DNA of 64,000 bases. Source: an uncultured Spirochaetota bacterium (GTDB taxonomy: Bacteria > Spirochaetota > UBA4802 > UBA5550). The notes under the pieces were generated by a model that worked only from the letters and a program-made list of their open reading frames with translations, ran no database searches and was not told the DNA's origin. The stretch's first letter is position 1; the number at the start of each line of letters is the position of its first letter. The position numbers were made by a program, and so were the translations under genes. Shown one piece after another: positions 1 to 10,120 of this stretch. The DNA lies in contig CAWHAA010000004.1 of assembly GCA_963827275.1 (NCBI GenBank), positions 480,001 through 544,000 of the forward strand, given 5' to 3'.

Positions 1-41
1 GAGACTATCTGTTGAACATGCTGAAGCAGGAGTCCCGCTGA
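1..41 (+). CDS. rmlA: 3' end of glucose-1-phosphate thymidylyltransferase (partial)
   Basis: Frame reads DYLLNMLKQESR*, resembling the RmlA C-terminus. TGA overlaps the rmlC ATG (TGATG); operon context fits. Confidence 0.6.
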   Translation, partial: DYLLNMLKQESR

Positions 42-583
42 TGCCGTTTATATTCAAGCGGCTCGATATTGACGGCCTGGTGCTTGTAGAGCCCCGGGTG
101 TTTCCGGATGACCGGGGATTTTTCCTCGAGTCATACAAGGAGTCGGAGTTTGCGAAGGGCGGCCTGCCGCACCGGTTCGTCCAGGACAACCACTCCCTGT
201 CGAAAAAAAATGTCATACGGGGGCTCCATTTTCAGCGTGACCCGCGTTCGCAGGGCAAGCTCGTCCGCGTTGTCAGGGGCGCGGTGTGGGACGTTGCGGT
301 CGATCTGCGGGAAGCGTCCCCCACTTATAAAAAGTGGCTCGGCATCGAGCTTTCAGCCGAGAACTGCCGGATGCTCTATGTCCCCGCCGGGTTTGCGCAC
401 GGGTTTATCTCGCTTGCCGATGATACGCACCTTCTTTATAAATGCACCGAGGAATACGATGCCGCGCTCGACGGGGGCATCCGGTGGGACGATCCCGACA
501 TCGGGGTCGAGTGGCCGGTCCGGGAGCCGGTCGTATCGGACAAGGACAGGGTCCTCCCGTATCTGAAAGACCTGGTGAAATGA
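41..583 (+). CDS. rmlC: dTDP-4-dehydrorhamnose 3,5-epimerase
   Basis: DDRGFFLES, QDNHSLS, RGLHFQ and GFAHGF motifs. Confidence 0.97.
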   Translation: MPFIFKRLDIDGLVLVEPRVFPDDRGFFLESYKESEFAKGGLPHRFVQDNHSLSKKNVIRGLHFQRDPRSQGKLVRVVRGAVWDVAVDLREASPTYKKWLGIELSAENCRMLYVPAGFAHGFISLADDTHLLYKCTEEYDAALDGGIRWDDPDIGVEWPVREPVVSDKDRVLPYLKDLVK

Positions 584-1443
584 TGATCTGGCTTATCGGC
601 AACAGGGGGATGCTTGGTTCGGATGTGGAGATGCTGCTGAAGCGCCGTTCGGTCCGCTACGTCGCGACCGACGCCGAAGTCGACATCACCGATCCCGCGG
701 CGCTCCGCGATTTTGCCGCGGGACGCGGCGTCACGCGGATCATCAACTGCTCCGCCTATACCGCGGTCGACAGGGCCGAGGACGAGCCGGACCGGGCCAT
801 GGCGATCAACGCGGACGGCGTGATGAATATCGCGCGTGTGGCGGTCGGGTGCGGCGCGGTCCTGACGCACGTATCCACCGACTATGTCTTTGACGGCGAA
901 AAAAACGGCGCGTATCTCGAGGACGATCCCACGGGCCCTGCCGGCGCCTACGGCAGGAGCAAGCTCGAGGGCGAGCGGAATATCGCCTCGGCCGCGAATG
1001 AGTATTATATAGTGAGGACCGCGTGGCTGTACGGGACGCAGGGCAATAATTTTGTCCGCACCATGCTCCGGCTCTTCAGCGAGCGCGACGAGGTGCGGGT
1101 GGTGGCGGACCAGTGGGGGAGCCCCACCTTCACCCGGGACCTTGCCGCGGCGCTCGTCACGATTACCGGCGGCGCACTGGCGCGGTATGGCATCTATCAC
1201 TATACCAACGAGGGGCGCACCAGCTGGTTCGAGTTCGCGAAGGAGATATATGCCCTGGGCAGGCGCCACGGGATTGTCAGGCGCGATGTGGCCATTGTAC
1301 CGATCCCCACGTCCGGGTACCCGACGAAAGCGAAACGTCCGATGAATTCATATCTTTCGAAAGACAAGATCAAGCGCGAGCCGGGTATCGAGTGCCGCGG
1401 CTGGAAAGAGGCGCTGGAGGAATGTATCCGGGAAATGGCCTGA
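580..1443 (+). CDS. rmlD: dTDP-4-dehydrorhamnose reductase
   Basis: GNRGMLG, AYTAVDRAE, STDYVFDG, YGRSKLEGE. True start is the ATG at 580/583 overlapping the rmlC stop. Confidence 0.95.
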   Translation: MMIWLIGNRGMLGSDVEMLLKRRSVRYVATDAEVDITDPAALRDFAAGRGVTRIINCSAYTAVDRAEDEPDRAMAINADGVMNIARVAVGCGAVLTHVSTDYVFDGEKNGAYLEDDPTGPAGAYGRSKLEGERNIASAANEYYIVRTAWLYGTQGNNFVRTMLRLFSERDEVRVVADQWGSPTFTRDLAAALVTITGGALARYGIYHYTNEGRTSWFEFAKEIYALGRRHGIVRRDVAIVPIPTSGYPTKAKRPMNSYLSKDKIKREPGIECRGWKEALEECIREMA

Positions 1444-1473
1444 GGCCTTGAAATTTTACAACAGGACACTATA

Positions 1474-2544
1474 ATGCGTAAACTCACAAACATCATGGTG
1501 ACCGGCGGCGCCGGGTTCATCGGATCGAATTTTATCAAGTACCTTTTCAACGATGCCGGCTTTAAAGGGACCATCGTCAATGTTGACTCCCTCACCTATG
1601 CGGGCAACCCGGAGAACCTGGCCGACGTGGACGCCGCCCATGGCGGAACCAGCTATTTTTTTGAAAAGGCGGATGTATGCGATTTTGACGCGATAAAGCG
1701 CGTTTTCGAGAAATACGGCATCGACACCGTGATACACTTCGCGGCCGAATCGCACGTTGACCGGTCGATCTTCGGGCCGAAGGAATTCATCCAGACCAAC
1801 ATCATGGGGACCTTCAACCTGCTGGAGGTGGCGCGGGAGTGCTGGCCGGGACGAGACGACGTCCTTTTCCATCACATCAGCACGGACGAGGTGTACGGCT
1901 CGCTCGGCGACACCGGCTTCTTTTTCGAGACGACGCCCTATGATCCGCGGAGCCCCTATTCCGCGTCGAAGGCCTCCTCGGACCACCTGGTCATGGCGTA
2001 CAACCATACGTACAATCTCCCGGTGACGATGTCAAACTGCTCGAACAACTACGGCCCCTACCAGTTCCCGGAGAAGCTCATACCGCTGATGATACAGAAT
2101 ATTAAGGACGAAAAGCCGCTCCCGGTTTACGGCGACGGGAAGAATGTCCGCGACTGGCTCTACGTGGACGACCACAACAGCGCGATCTGGTCGATCGTGA
2201 ACAGGGGGAACAGCGGCTCGACCTACAATATCGGCGGGGAGAATGAATGGGAGAACATCAGGCTGGTGCACGTCCTGTGTGAAAAAATGGCCGCCGCCCT
2301 GGGAAAGGATAAGGAGTACTACAAGAAGCTCATCACCTACGTCAAGGACCGGCCCGGCCACGACCGCCGCTACGCCATCAACTGCGACAAGATAAAAAAA
2401 GAGCTTGGCTGGCGGCAGAGTTACGATTTCGACAGGGGGCTTGATAAAACGATCCGCTGGTACCTGGACAACCAGGCATGGGCGGACCGCGTCAGGAGCG
2501 GCGAGTACCGGAAGTGGATCGACAGGAATTACGGCGCACGATAG
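1474..2544 (+). CDS. rmlB: dTDP-glucose 4,6-dehydratase
   Basis: VTGGAGFIGSN, HFAAESHVDRSI, STDEVYG, YSASKAS, DRPGHDRRY. Confidence 0.97.
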   Translation: MRKLTNIMVTGGAGFIGSNFIKYLFNDAGFKGTIVNVDSLTYAGNPENLADVDAAHGGTSYFFEKADVCDFDAIKRVFEKYGIDTVIHFAAESHVDRSIFGPKEFIQTNIMGTFNLLEVARECWPGRDDVLFHHISTDEVYGSLGDTGFFFETTPYDPRSPYSASKASSDHLVMAYNHTYNLPVTMSNCSNNYGPYQFPEKLIPLMIQNIKDEKPLPVYGDGKNVRDWLYVDDHNSAIWSIVNRGNSGSTYNIGGENEWENIRLVHVLCEKMAAALGKDKEYYKKLITYVKDRPGHDRRYAINCDKIKKELGWRQSYDFDRGLDKTIRWYLDNQAWADRVRSGEYRKWIDRNYGAR

Positions 2545-2656
2545 CTGCCCCTGTAAAACCTGTTAAAAATATCCGGCGCCGGCCGAATTATCACTCGACA
2601 GATTAAGTATTTTAGATTATATTAATGTATTGGCGTGCCGGCCCGCGGGAATATAT

Positions 2657-2685
2657 TTGACAGTTGATTCGCCGGCTGCCATAGT
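2657..2685 (+). promoter_or_regulatory. sigma70-like promoter of nifUS
   Basis: TTGACA-N17-CATAGT, followed by an AGGAGG RBS at 2701-2706. Confidence 0.55.
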
Positions 2686-2712
2686 GCTCAGCTGATTCCG
2701 AGGAGGATTCCT

Positions 2713-3561
2713 ATGTGGGATTATACCGATAAAGTGAAAGAACTCTATACGCATCCGAAAAACGTGGGCAAGCTGGAGGACGCGAACGCGATCGCGGAGG
2801 TGGGGAGCATCGTGTGCGGCGACGCCCTTAAGTTATATCTTAAAATCGACGAAAAGCAGATCATCCGGGAGGCCACGTTCGAGACGTTCGGCTGCGGCAG
2901 CGCCATCGCGTCCTCCTCGGCCCTGACGGAGATGATAATCGGCAAGACCGTCGAGGAGGCCCAGAAGATCACCAACAAGGACATCGCGAAGTTCCTTGGC
3001 GGCCTTCCCGAGGAAAAGATGCACTGCTCGGTCATGGGCAACGAGGCCCTGGAAAAAGCGATCAGGGTCTGGCGCGGCGAGAAGGTGACCGACCATGTGG
3101 ACGTCGAGGGGGAGATCATCTGCCACTGCTTCGGCGTCACTGAAAACCTTATACGGAACGTCATCCGGGAAAACAACCTGAAAACAGTGGAGCAGGTCAC
3201 CAACTATACCAAGGCCGGCGGGGCGTGCGGCTCCTGCATTCCGAAAATCGAAGACATCCTGCATGAGATGGCGGGCGAGGCCGTCGCGGCGGGGGCGAAA
3301 GCCGCGGAGAAGAAGCCGCTGACCAATATCAAGCGCATGCAGCTCGTAGAAGAGACAATCGCCAACGTCATCAGGCCGATGCTCCAGAAGGACGGAGGCG
3401 ACATCGAGCTCATCGACGTTGACGGCAAGAACGTGCACGTGGGCCTGCGGGGCCACTGCGTCAACTGCATGGTGTCGGACGTGACCCTGAAAAACCTGGT
3501 CGAGGCCAAGCTCAGGGAGTTCGTCGAAGAGGACATCACCGTGCACGAGGTGAAATCATAG
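2713..3561 (+). CDS. nifU: Fe-S cluster assembly scaffold NifU
   Basis: IscU domain (CGD, FGCGSA, KMHCS), BFD-like [2Fe-2S] domain (CHCF...GACGSC) and Nfu domain (DGGDIEL...GHCVNC). Confidence 0.95.
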   Translation: MWDYTDKVKELYTHPKNVGKLEDANAIAEVGSIVCGDALKLYLKIDEKQIIREATFETFGCGSAIASSSALTEMIIGKTVEEAQKITNKDIAKFLGGLPEEKMHCSVMGNEALEKAIRVWRGEKVTDHVDVEGEIICHCFGVTENLIRNVIRENNLKTVEQVTNYTKAGGACGSCIPKIEDILHEMAGEAVAAGAKAAEKKPLTNIKRMQLVEETIANVIRPMLQKDGGDIELIDVDGKNVHVGLRGHCVNCMVSDVTLKNLVEAKLREFVEEDITVHEVKS

Positions 3562-3586
3562 GAGCGGACAGCGCTGGGGGCATTAT

Positions 3587-4780
3587 ATGAATAGAACCGT
3601 GTATCTTGACAATAACGCGACCACGATGATCGCGCCGGAGGTGCTTGACGCGATGATGCCGTTCTTAAAGGAACGCTACGGCAATCCCTCGAGCATGCAC
3701 GGCTTCGGCGGTTCCGTTGCCAAAGAGCTGGAACGGGCGAGAGCGAACGTGGCGCGGTTCATCGGCGCCGATAATGATTACGAGATAGTCTTTACCGCGA
3801 CCGGGACCGAAAGCGACAACATGGCCCTCCAGGGGGCGATCGCATATTACCGCGACCGGCGGCACGTGATCACCTCGCGGGTGGAACATCCGGCGGTCCT
3901 CTCCCTCTGCAAGAAGCTCGAAAAAGACGGCTACCGTGTCACCTACGTGCCGGTGGACCGGGACGGCAACCTGGACATGAATGTCCTGAAGGAGTCGGTT
4001 GACGACGACACCGCGGTCGTCTCGATCATGTATGCCAACAACGAGACCGGCGTCATCTTCCCGGTGGAGGAGATCGGCCTGTTCCTGAAAGAAAGGGGCG
4101 TCCCGTTTCATGTCGATGCGGTCCAGGCGGCCGGGAAGATCCCGATAGACGTTAACAAAATCCAGTGCGACATGCTGACGATATCCGGCCACAAGTTCCA
4201 TGCGCCCAAGGGGATCGGCGCGCTCTATGTGCGCAGGGGCACGAGGATGCGCCCCATCCTCTTCGGCGGCCACCAGGAAAAGGGACGCAGGCCCGGCACG
4301 GAGAACGTCCCCGGCATTATCGGCATGGGGAAGGCGGCCGAGCTGGCGCTTTCCCATCTTCCCGAGTACGCCGGCAGGGTCAGCGCGCTCCGCGACCGGC
4401 TGGAGAAGGGGATCCTGGGCGCATTTAAAAACTCCGGGCTGAACGGCAACCGCGGCAGGCGGGTGCCCAACACCACGAACATCGGGTTCGAGTATATCGA
4501 GGGCGAGGCGATCCTCCTCTACCTTGACGCGCAGGGGATTGCCGCATCGTCCGGGTCGGCCTGCTCGTCCGGGACCCTTGAGCCGTCCCATGTGCTGCGC
4601 GCCATGGGCGTGCCCTTCACCTCTGCGCACGGGTCTATACGCTTCAGCCTGAGCCGCTTTTCTACCGACGGCGATATCGACCATGTGCTCGCGGTCATGC
4701 CGGGCGTGGTGAACCGCCTGCTCGAGATCTCCCCCTACTGGGACAACGAAAAGCAGGAAGGGCGCCCGATCACCCTGTAA
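3587..4780 (+). CDS. nifS: cysteine desulfurase NifS
   Basis: YLDNNATT, HVDAVQ, SGHKFHAPKG, SSGSACSSG; adjacent to nifU. Confidence 0.95.
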   Translation: MNRTVYLDNNATTMIAPEVLDAMMPFLKERYGNPSSMHGFGGSVAKELERARANVARFIGADNDYEIVFTATGTESDNMALQGAIAYYRDRRHVITSRVEHPAVLSLCKKLEKDGYRVTYVPVDRDGNLDMNVLKESVDDDTAVVSIMYANNETGVIFPVEEIGLFLKERGVPFHVDAVQAAGKIPIDVNKIQCDMLTISGHKFHAPKGIGALYVRRGTRMRPILFGGHQEKGRRPGTENVPGIIGMGKAAELALSHLPEYAGRVSALRDRLEKGILGAFKNSGLNGNRGRRVPNTTNIGFEYIEGEAILLYLDAQGIAASSGSACSSGTLEPSHVLRAMGVPFTSAHGSIRFSLSRFSTDGDIDHVLAVMPGVVNRLLEISPYWDNEKQEGRPITL

Positions 4781-4831
4781 ACGCTTCAAATTAAGAATTG
4801 AATAATAACGGTCAATCTGTAGAATGCCGCC

Positions 4832-5452
4832 ATGGCCTCCTCACGATCCATCACGATAGCCTGTATCGCCGCGGCCTGCGCCGTGGCGGCCCTCTTCTGT
4901 CTTGCCGCGGGGATCGTTTTTTACGATGAAGGCGGGACGGCAACCAGGGCCGACGCCGCAATTGTCCTGGGCGCCGCCTCGTGGGGCGACGTGCCTTCGC
5001 CGGTGTTCCGCGAAAGGATCAATTACGCCGTAGCGTTGTATAAAAGCGGCATGGTGAAAAAAATAATATTCACCGGCGCACGGGACAGTGCTGACGAGCC
5101 GCCCGCGTCTGCGGTCGCTAAGCGGTACGCGGCGGGCCTGGGGGTGCCGGAAGCCGATTGCCTTGAAGAGGCCAGCTCGCGCACCACGGAGGAGAACCTC
5201 TACTTTGCGCGAGAGCTGGCCCGCGCCGGCGGTCTTGCGACCTTCCTCGTTGTAAGCGATCCCCTCCACATGAAACGCGCCATGACCATGGCGCACGACC
5301 TGGGAATGAACGCACGCCCGGCGCCGACCCCGACGACGCGCTATCGCGGCCTGGGGAGCAGCGCGCGGTTCCTCTTCCGGGAGATGTATTATTCCCTGAC
5401 CTATCGAATAAAAAGATTTTTTTCCGGAACGGCCGTGGGAAAATCCGCCTGA
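4832..5452 (+). CDS. YdcF/DUF218 (ElyC/SanA-like) family protein
   Basis: N-terminal TM helix, DAAIVLGA, SRTTEEN, VSDPLHMKRA. Confidence 0.85.
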   Translation: MASSRSITIACIAAACAVAALFCLAAGIVFYDEGGTATRADAAIVLGAASWGDVPSPVFRERINYAVALYKSGMVKKIIFTGARDSADEPPASAVAKRYAAGLGVPEADCLEEASSRTTEENLYFARELARAGGLATFLVVSDPLHMKRAMTMAHDLGMNARPAPTPTTRYRGLGSSARFLFREMYYSLTYRIKRFFSGTAVGKSA

Positions 5453-5478
5453 CCGGGGCATCAACACGGAGGGAGCCC

Positions 5479-6123
5479 ATGTATGTCGCTTTTTTTGACC
5501 TGGACCATACCATCCTCAGCACCTCGAGCGGCCGGATCATGTTCAGGGGTTCGTACGAGCGCGGGATCATCGGCAAACGCGAGGTGAGGCGGGGCGTCGT
5601 CATCAATGCCCTCTACCGCACCGGCCTCATGAGCGCCGGGGCCGCGGTCGGCCACTGGATGAAATGGTACGGCGGTCTTGAGCTTGCGGAGATCGCGCCG
5701 CTGGGTGCGGAGTGGGCAGGGGAGCTTCTGGGATATGTGCGTGAGGATGCGCGCAGGGAAGTGGCCCATCACAGGGAACGGGGCGCCCTCACCGTGATAC
5801 TTTCCGCGTCGCCCGCCTTTATATGCGAGCGGATGAAAGAGCACCTGGGGATGGACGATGTCATCTGCACCGAGCTCGATGTTGCGGACGGCCGTCTCAC
5901 GGGGAGACTGAAGGGCGAGTATTGCCATGGCAGGGAGAAGCTGGCCCGGGCCCTGCGCTATTGCGGGGAGCGGAGGCTCCGCATGGAGGACGCATTTTAT
6001 TACGCCGATTCAATCCATGACCTGCCGGTCCTGGAAGCGGTGGGAAACCCGGTCTGCGTAACGCCGGAGCGGGCCCTCGACCGCAGGGCGCGAAAGCGCG
6101 GCTGGAAGATCGTCAGGTGGTAA
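5479..6123 (+). CDS. HAD-IB family hydrolase (SerB-like)
   Basis: FFDLDHT motif I, ILSAS motif II, YADSIHDLPVLEAVG motif IV. Confidence 0.9.
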   Translation: MYVAFFDLDHTILSTSSGRIMFRGSYERGIIGKREVRRGVVINALYRTGLMSAGAAVGHWMKWYGGLELAEIAPLGAEWAGELLGYVREDARREVAHHRERGALTVILSASPAFICERMKEHLGMDDVICTELDVADGRLTGRLKGEYCHGREKLARALRYCGERRLRMEDAFYYADSIHDLPVLEAVGNPVCVTPERALDRRARKRGWKIVRW

Positions 6124-6324
6124 GTCTCTCCTGCAATTTAGCAAACTCCCGCCGGGTGGATTTTTCGATCATGCCCGCCGTGGTGCGCAATTTTTTGAGA
6201 ACCGGAACCGGCCGAAACCCTCTGATTGCGAGACAGATAAAGCCGCCGGCAGGCGAATTAGACTGATTTTTTCCGGCGATCGGTCCGATTAATATGATGG
6301 ACGCTCATGGATGAGGAGGTTGCC

Positions 6325-6495
6325 ATGTTGAGAAAAAGCACCGTCATCCATATCATGGATGCCAGCGACAGGATCCTGTTCACCAGGGATGATGCGGACG
6401 ATATTCATGCCATCCTGGCGGGTTCCTCGGAAGAACAGGTTAACCGATGTTATTCGGCGTATCTGAAAGAGATAGTCCGGCAGTGCCGGAGATAA
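6325..6495 (+). CDS. small hypothetical protein (56 aa)
   Basis: GAGGAGG RBS before the ATG at 6325; no recognisable motif. Confidence 0.5.
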   Translation: MLRKSTVIHIMDASDRILFTRDDADDIHAILAGSSEEQVNRCYSAYLKEIVRQCRR

Positions 6496-6673
6496 GCCGG
6501 CATCCCGATGCCCGGCTATCCACAACATCCACACAATGATTTTTTCCTTTCCTTGCCGGGAGAGGGTATGCGGTGATTATAATCAACCTCCTCCACGCTG
6601 TCCTCTATCATAAGTGGAAGTGTTGTCCCTTGTCGCGGGATCTTCTCCTTGTCCTTCCGCATAATAAAAAGTA

Positions 6674-6702
6674 TTGCAAAATATAATCCACGTATGTATT
6701 AT
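6674..6702 (+). promoter_or_regulatory. sigma70-like promoter of the methyltransferase gene
   Basis: TTGCAA-N17-TATTAT upstream of the AAGGA RBS. Confidence 0.5.
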
Positions 6703-6728
6703 ATGGCATCATATATAAGGAAATTGCC

Positions 6729-7730
6729 ATGTCTGACAAAGAAACAAGCGGGGCATTGCACAGCCCCGAGCAGATCATCGAAATGGCAGCGGGGTATCAG
6801 AAGAGCAGGATAATCCTGACCGCGTTTGAGCTGGAAATTTTCACCGCCATCGGGGACGGCGCGCTCACTTCTTTTGAAATTGCGGAACGGATCAACGCGA
6901 AGCCCCGGTCCACCGAGCGGCTGCTGAACGCGCTATGCGCGCTGGGATTTATTGAAAAAAAAGAGGGCCGCTATTCCAATTCAATGGTCTCTGCGCGTTA
7001 CCTTGTGAAAGGATCAAAAGAGTATCTGTCACGGATAGGCCATATGATCGGCCTCTATGCCTCCTGGGGGACGCTCACCGGCGCGGTGAAGGCGGGAGCT
7101 TCCGTACACGTGCGTGAACATGACCCGGTTACCCTCTCGCATTTCATCGAAGCGATGCACTATCGGGCTAAAAAGACCGCCGGAGAACTCGTGTCGCATA
7201 TCGACCTGTCGGGCGTGAAAACGGTGCTTGACGTGGGCGGGGGATCAGGCGTGTATTCCATGGCCTTCGTGAAGGCGAAGCCCGGCCTGAAGGCAGTGGT
7301 TTTCGACCTGGCGGATGTGACGGCGCTCGCTCGGACCTACATCGCGGAGAGTGGCCTCTCCGGCAGCATCTCGACTATGGACGGTGATTACAACAGCGAC
7401 AGCTTCGGCGCAGGATATGACCTCGTCTTCATGTCTGCAATCGTGCATATTAACTCGTATGATGAGAATGTCGCCCTCATGAAACGGGCCCGTCAATCAC
7501 TGGCGAAGGGGGGCAGGATCGTGATACAGGACCACATCATGGACGAGGACCGTACCTCGCCGGCGCGGGGCGCTATCTTCGCGCTTAACATGCTGGTCAA
7601 TACGCGCGGGGGGGATACCTATACGGAACGGGAAATGCGGGAATGGCTGGAAAAGGCCGGATGCACCTCGATTGAGCGCATCCCCACCGGCATGGAAAAC
7701 GACCTCATGGTCGGCAGGGTCCCCGCCTGA
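6729..7730 (+). CDS. class I SAM-dependent O-methyltransferase with dimerisation domain (ASMT/Methyltransf_2-like)
   Basis: N-terminal wHTH dimerisation region, VLDVGGGSG, VFDL, GDY, YDLVFMS, GGRIVIQD. Confidence 0.88.
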   Translation: MSDKETSGALHSPEQIIEMAAGYQKSRIILTAFELEIFTAIGDGALTSFEIAERINAKPRSTERLLNALCALGFIEKKEGRYSNSMVSARYLVKGSKEYLSRIGHMIGLYASWGTLTGAVKAGASVHVREHDPVTLSHFIEAMHYRAKKTAGELVSHIDLSGVKTVLDVGGGSGVYSMAFVKAKPGLKAVVFDLADVTALARTYIAESGLSGSISTMDGDYNSDSFGAGYDLVFMSAIVHINSYDENVALMKRARQSLAKGGRIVIQDHIMDEDRTSPARGAIFALNMLVNTRGGDTYTEREMREWLEKAGCTSIERIPTGMENDLMVGRVPA

Positions 7731-7734
7731 CCGG

Positions 7735-9072
7735 TCACGCCGTCGCGGGCTGGATCCGGGCGGGGAAGGTGATTTCCCAGGAGGTACCGCTCTCCCTGTC
7801 GATACGGTAGGTGCCATGGATCTGCTTGATCAGGACGCTCACCAGCTGCAGGCCGAGCGTCGCAGTCGTGCCGACATCAACGTGCGCCGGCAGCCCGATG
7901 CCGTTATCGCTGATGGTGAGAATGATGGCGTCGGTCCCGGCCCGCCGCATTGCCACCCTGATCTTATACCCGCCGCCGCCCGACGGGAATGCGTATTTAA
8001 GCGAGTTCGTCACCAGCTCATTCAGAATAAGCCCGCAGGGTATGGCCTGGTCGATGCCGAGAAAGATGTCCTGGCTGTCAATGATCAGCTCCGGCTTGTT
8101 CGGGCCTGATGCGTAGCTGGCGTACAGCTCTTCGGAAATCCTGCTGATGTAGGCGCTGAAATCAATGTCCGATATGCTGCTGGACTGATAGAGCTCTTCA
8201 TGAACGAGAGCCATCGCCCTGATCCGGTTTATCGATTCATTGAAGAGACGGAGCAGGTTGTCGTCCGCGATGCCGCTTGACTGCAGGTTGAGCAGGCTGA
8301 TGATGATCTGGAAATTATTTTTAACCCGGTGGTGGATCTCTTTGAGCAGTACTTCTTTTTCGCTGAGAGAGATGGTGAGTTGTTGCTCCGCCCTTTTCTT
8401 CTCGGCGATTTCGGTTTCAAGGTTCAGGTTGGTCTCGCTCAATTCGGAAGCGATCTCCTCAAGTTCTCTCGTCATTGACCGGGCCTGTACAAGCGCGGTC
8501 CGGTATTGCGCGGTAATGAACCAGATAAGCATTGTTATGCCGGTAAAGCTCGCGGTAACGATGATTACCCGGTTAAGAAACGCAGTGTCAGGGAAACGGA
8601 GCTGGGGTATGATCCCCATGACATGCCCGGTGCCGATCACCGCATATGTTGCCACGCACACTGCGAACATGATCCACTGGGCCCTCAGTCCCTGCAGGAT
8701 GGCGGTCATGATGGTTGCCAGGGCGTATATCAGCATGGCGGGCGCGCCGGGCCCTCCTATATAACTGCCGTAGACGGCGGTGGCGTAGATGATCGCGGGA
8801 GGCAGAAATCCGGCAGGGCGCCAGTACCCCTTGTAGGTCAGCCACATGCCGATTGACATGATTAATGTTATGGCGCTCACTATGATGAATGAATCAAGTG
8901 GCAGGTAATCCAGAAGCCAGCCGAATAAGAAAATGATGCTGAATAATAGCGCGATGATGCCGGTGATAAGAATTATGACCCTCGTCATATATTCCCGGCG
9001 CGCTATGTCGGGATTATCCGCATGCGGAGCGGTTAGTTTTTTCCATAATTTGATAAGGCGGTAATCTTTCAT
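7735..9072 (-). CDS. membrane-bound sensor histidine kinase, HisKA_2/HWE type
   Basis: About 6 TM helices, LLKEIHHRVKNN H-box, NELVTNSLKYAF, DNGIG, LGLQLV. Confidence 0.9.
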   Translation of the reverse strand: MKDYRLIKLWKKLTAPHADNPDIARREYMTRVIILITGIIALLFSIIFLFGWLLDYLPLDSFIIVSAITLIMSIGMWLTYKGYWRPAGFLPPAIIYATAVYGSYIGGPGAPAMLIYALATIMTAILQGLRAQWIMFAVCVATYAVIGTGHVMGIIPQLRFPDTAFLNRVIIVTASFTGITMLIWFITAQYRTALVQARSMTRELEEIASELSETNLNLETEIAEKKRAEQQLTISLSEKEVLLKEIHHRVKNNFQIIISLLNLQSSGIADDNLLRLFNESINRIRAMALVHEELYQSSSISDIDFSAYISRISEELYASYASGPNKPELIIDSQDIFLGIDQAIPCGLILNELVTNSLKYAFPSGGGGYKIRVAMRRAGTDAIILTISDNGIGLPAHVDVGTTATLGLQLVSVLIKQIHGTYRIDRESGTSWEITFPARIQPATA

Positions 9073-9170
9073 CGGGATCACGTAATGGAAAAGTATTTGA
9101 ATTATTTATTTTGTTCAAAATTATGGGGACAAGTCAAGTAAATAAAAGATTAATATGCGGGATCATAATA

Positions 9171-9195
9171 AAAGACCCCGGGAGCACCCGGGGTC
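9171..9195 (-). terminator. intrinsic terminator after the flagellar rod gene; 5' arm overlaps a motif A copy
   Basis: Minus strand GACCCCGGG-TGCT-CCCGGGGTC followed by TTTT. Confidence 0.75.
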
Positions 9196-9219
9196 AGAGT
9201 AAGATTCATTTTATGATTG

Positions 9220-10050
9220 TTATCGTGCAACTTCATTGATGAGCCTGCCGAGCTCGGTGTCATGGGTCTGTACCGCTTTCTGGTTGGCTTCATAGCTGCG
9301 CTGGACTTCGATCATGTCCACCATCTCGCGGATCATGTTGACATTCGACTTTTCCAGGAATCCCTGGACTACCTTGACATTTTGCGGAGGCAATGGCGGC
9401 CCGGAGTATTCCGTTTCCTTCCAGAGGGAATCCCCTTCTTTTTTGAGCTCGCGGATCTTTTCGAAATCCACAAGCTTCAGCCGATCAAGGACCACCGGCT
9501 GGCTCCAATCGTTGTTTGCCATGCCCACGACGGTATTGGGATCGACGGCGCTGTTAACCAGGATTTCGCCGCGCTCGTTCACGATGAAGTTGTTATGCTG
9601 GACCCGGACAATCCCGTTCTCGCCCATGACCGGATACCCGTTGTGGTTCATGAGGATGCCGTCCTGGTTGATGGTAAAGGACCCGTTCCGGGTATAGCGC
9701 TCGCCCCGCTCGGTCATAACGGTTAGGAAGCCGCGTCCATCCAGGGCCAGATCAAAGTTGTTCTCCGTGCGCTGGAGTGCGCCCTGATCGAAATCGGTGT
9801 AGACCTCGTTCACTTCCACGCCGGTTCCGAGCTTGCCCACGTTGGGCATGGTGTCATACGAGCCGGCAGGGGTCACGCCAAGCCCGTTGTCGCTGATCCG
9901 GCGGATCAGCATGTCGGGGAAGGCCTTGAATATGGCCAGGTCCTTCTTGAACCCGGTCTTGTCGACGTTGGCCAGGTTGTTGGCCACCACGTCCAGTCTC
10001 GCCTGTTGCGCTATCATGCCGCTTGCGCCGGTGTATATTCCTCGAAGCAT
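9220..10050 (-). CDS. flagellar basal-body rod protein, FlgF/FlgG (FlhO-like) family
   Basis: GASGM...ANNLAN..KTGFK, DLALDGRGF, YTRNGSF, GFLEKSNVN...EMVDMIEVQRSYEAN. Confidence 0.92.
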   Translation of the reverse strand: MLRGIYTGASGMIAQQARLDVVANNLANVDKTGFKKDLAIFKAFPDMLIRRISDNGLGVTPAGSYDTMPNVGKLGTGVEVNEVYTDFDQGALQRTENNFDLALDGRGFLTVMTERGERYTRNGSFTINQDGILMNHNGYPVMGENGIVRVQHNNFIVNERGEILVNSAVDPNTVVGMANNDWSQPVVLDRLKLVDFEKIRELKKEGDSLWKETEYSGPPLPPQNVKVVQGFLEKSNVNMIREMVDMIEVQRSYEANQKAVQTHDTELGRLINEVAR

Positions 10051-10080
10051 ACCGTGCCCCCTTGTACTATGTCGCTTTTA

Positions 10081-10108
10081 TTATCGGCAGGGATGAATGA
10101 GGGGTATA
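10081..10108 (-). promoter_or_regulatory. sigma28 (FliA)-like promoter of the flagellar rod gene
   Basis: Perfect GCCGATAA -10 (10088-10081); weak -35 TATA 16 nt upstream; flagellar gene downstream. Confidence 0.55.
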
Positions 10109-10120
10109 ATGAAAAATTTA

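Noticed and set aside
2713..4780. nifU/nifS as evidence of nitrogen fixation
   Set aside because: No nitrogenase genes are present; NIF-type Fe-S assembly is common in non-diazotrophic anaerobes.
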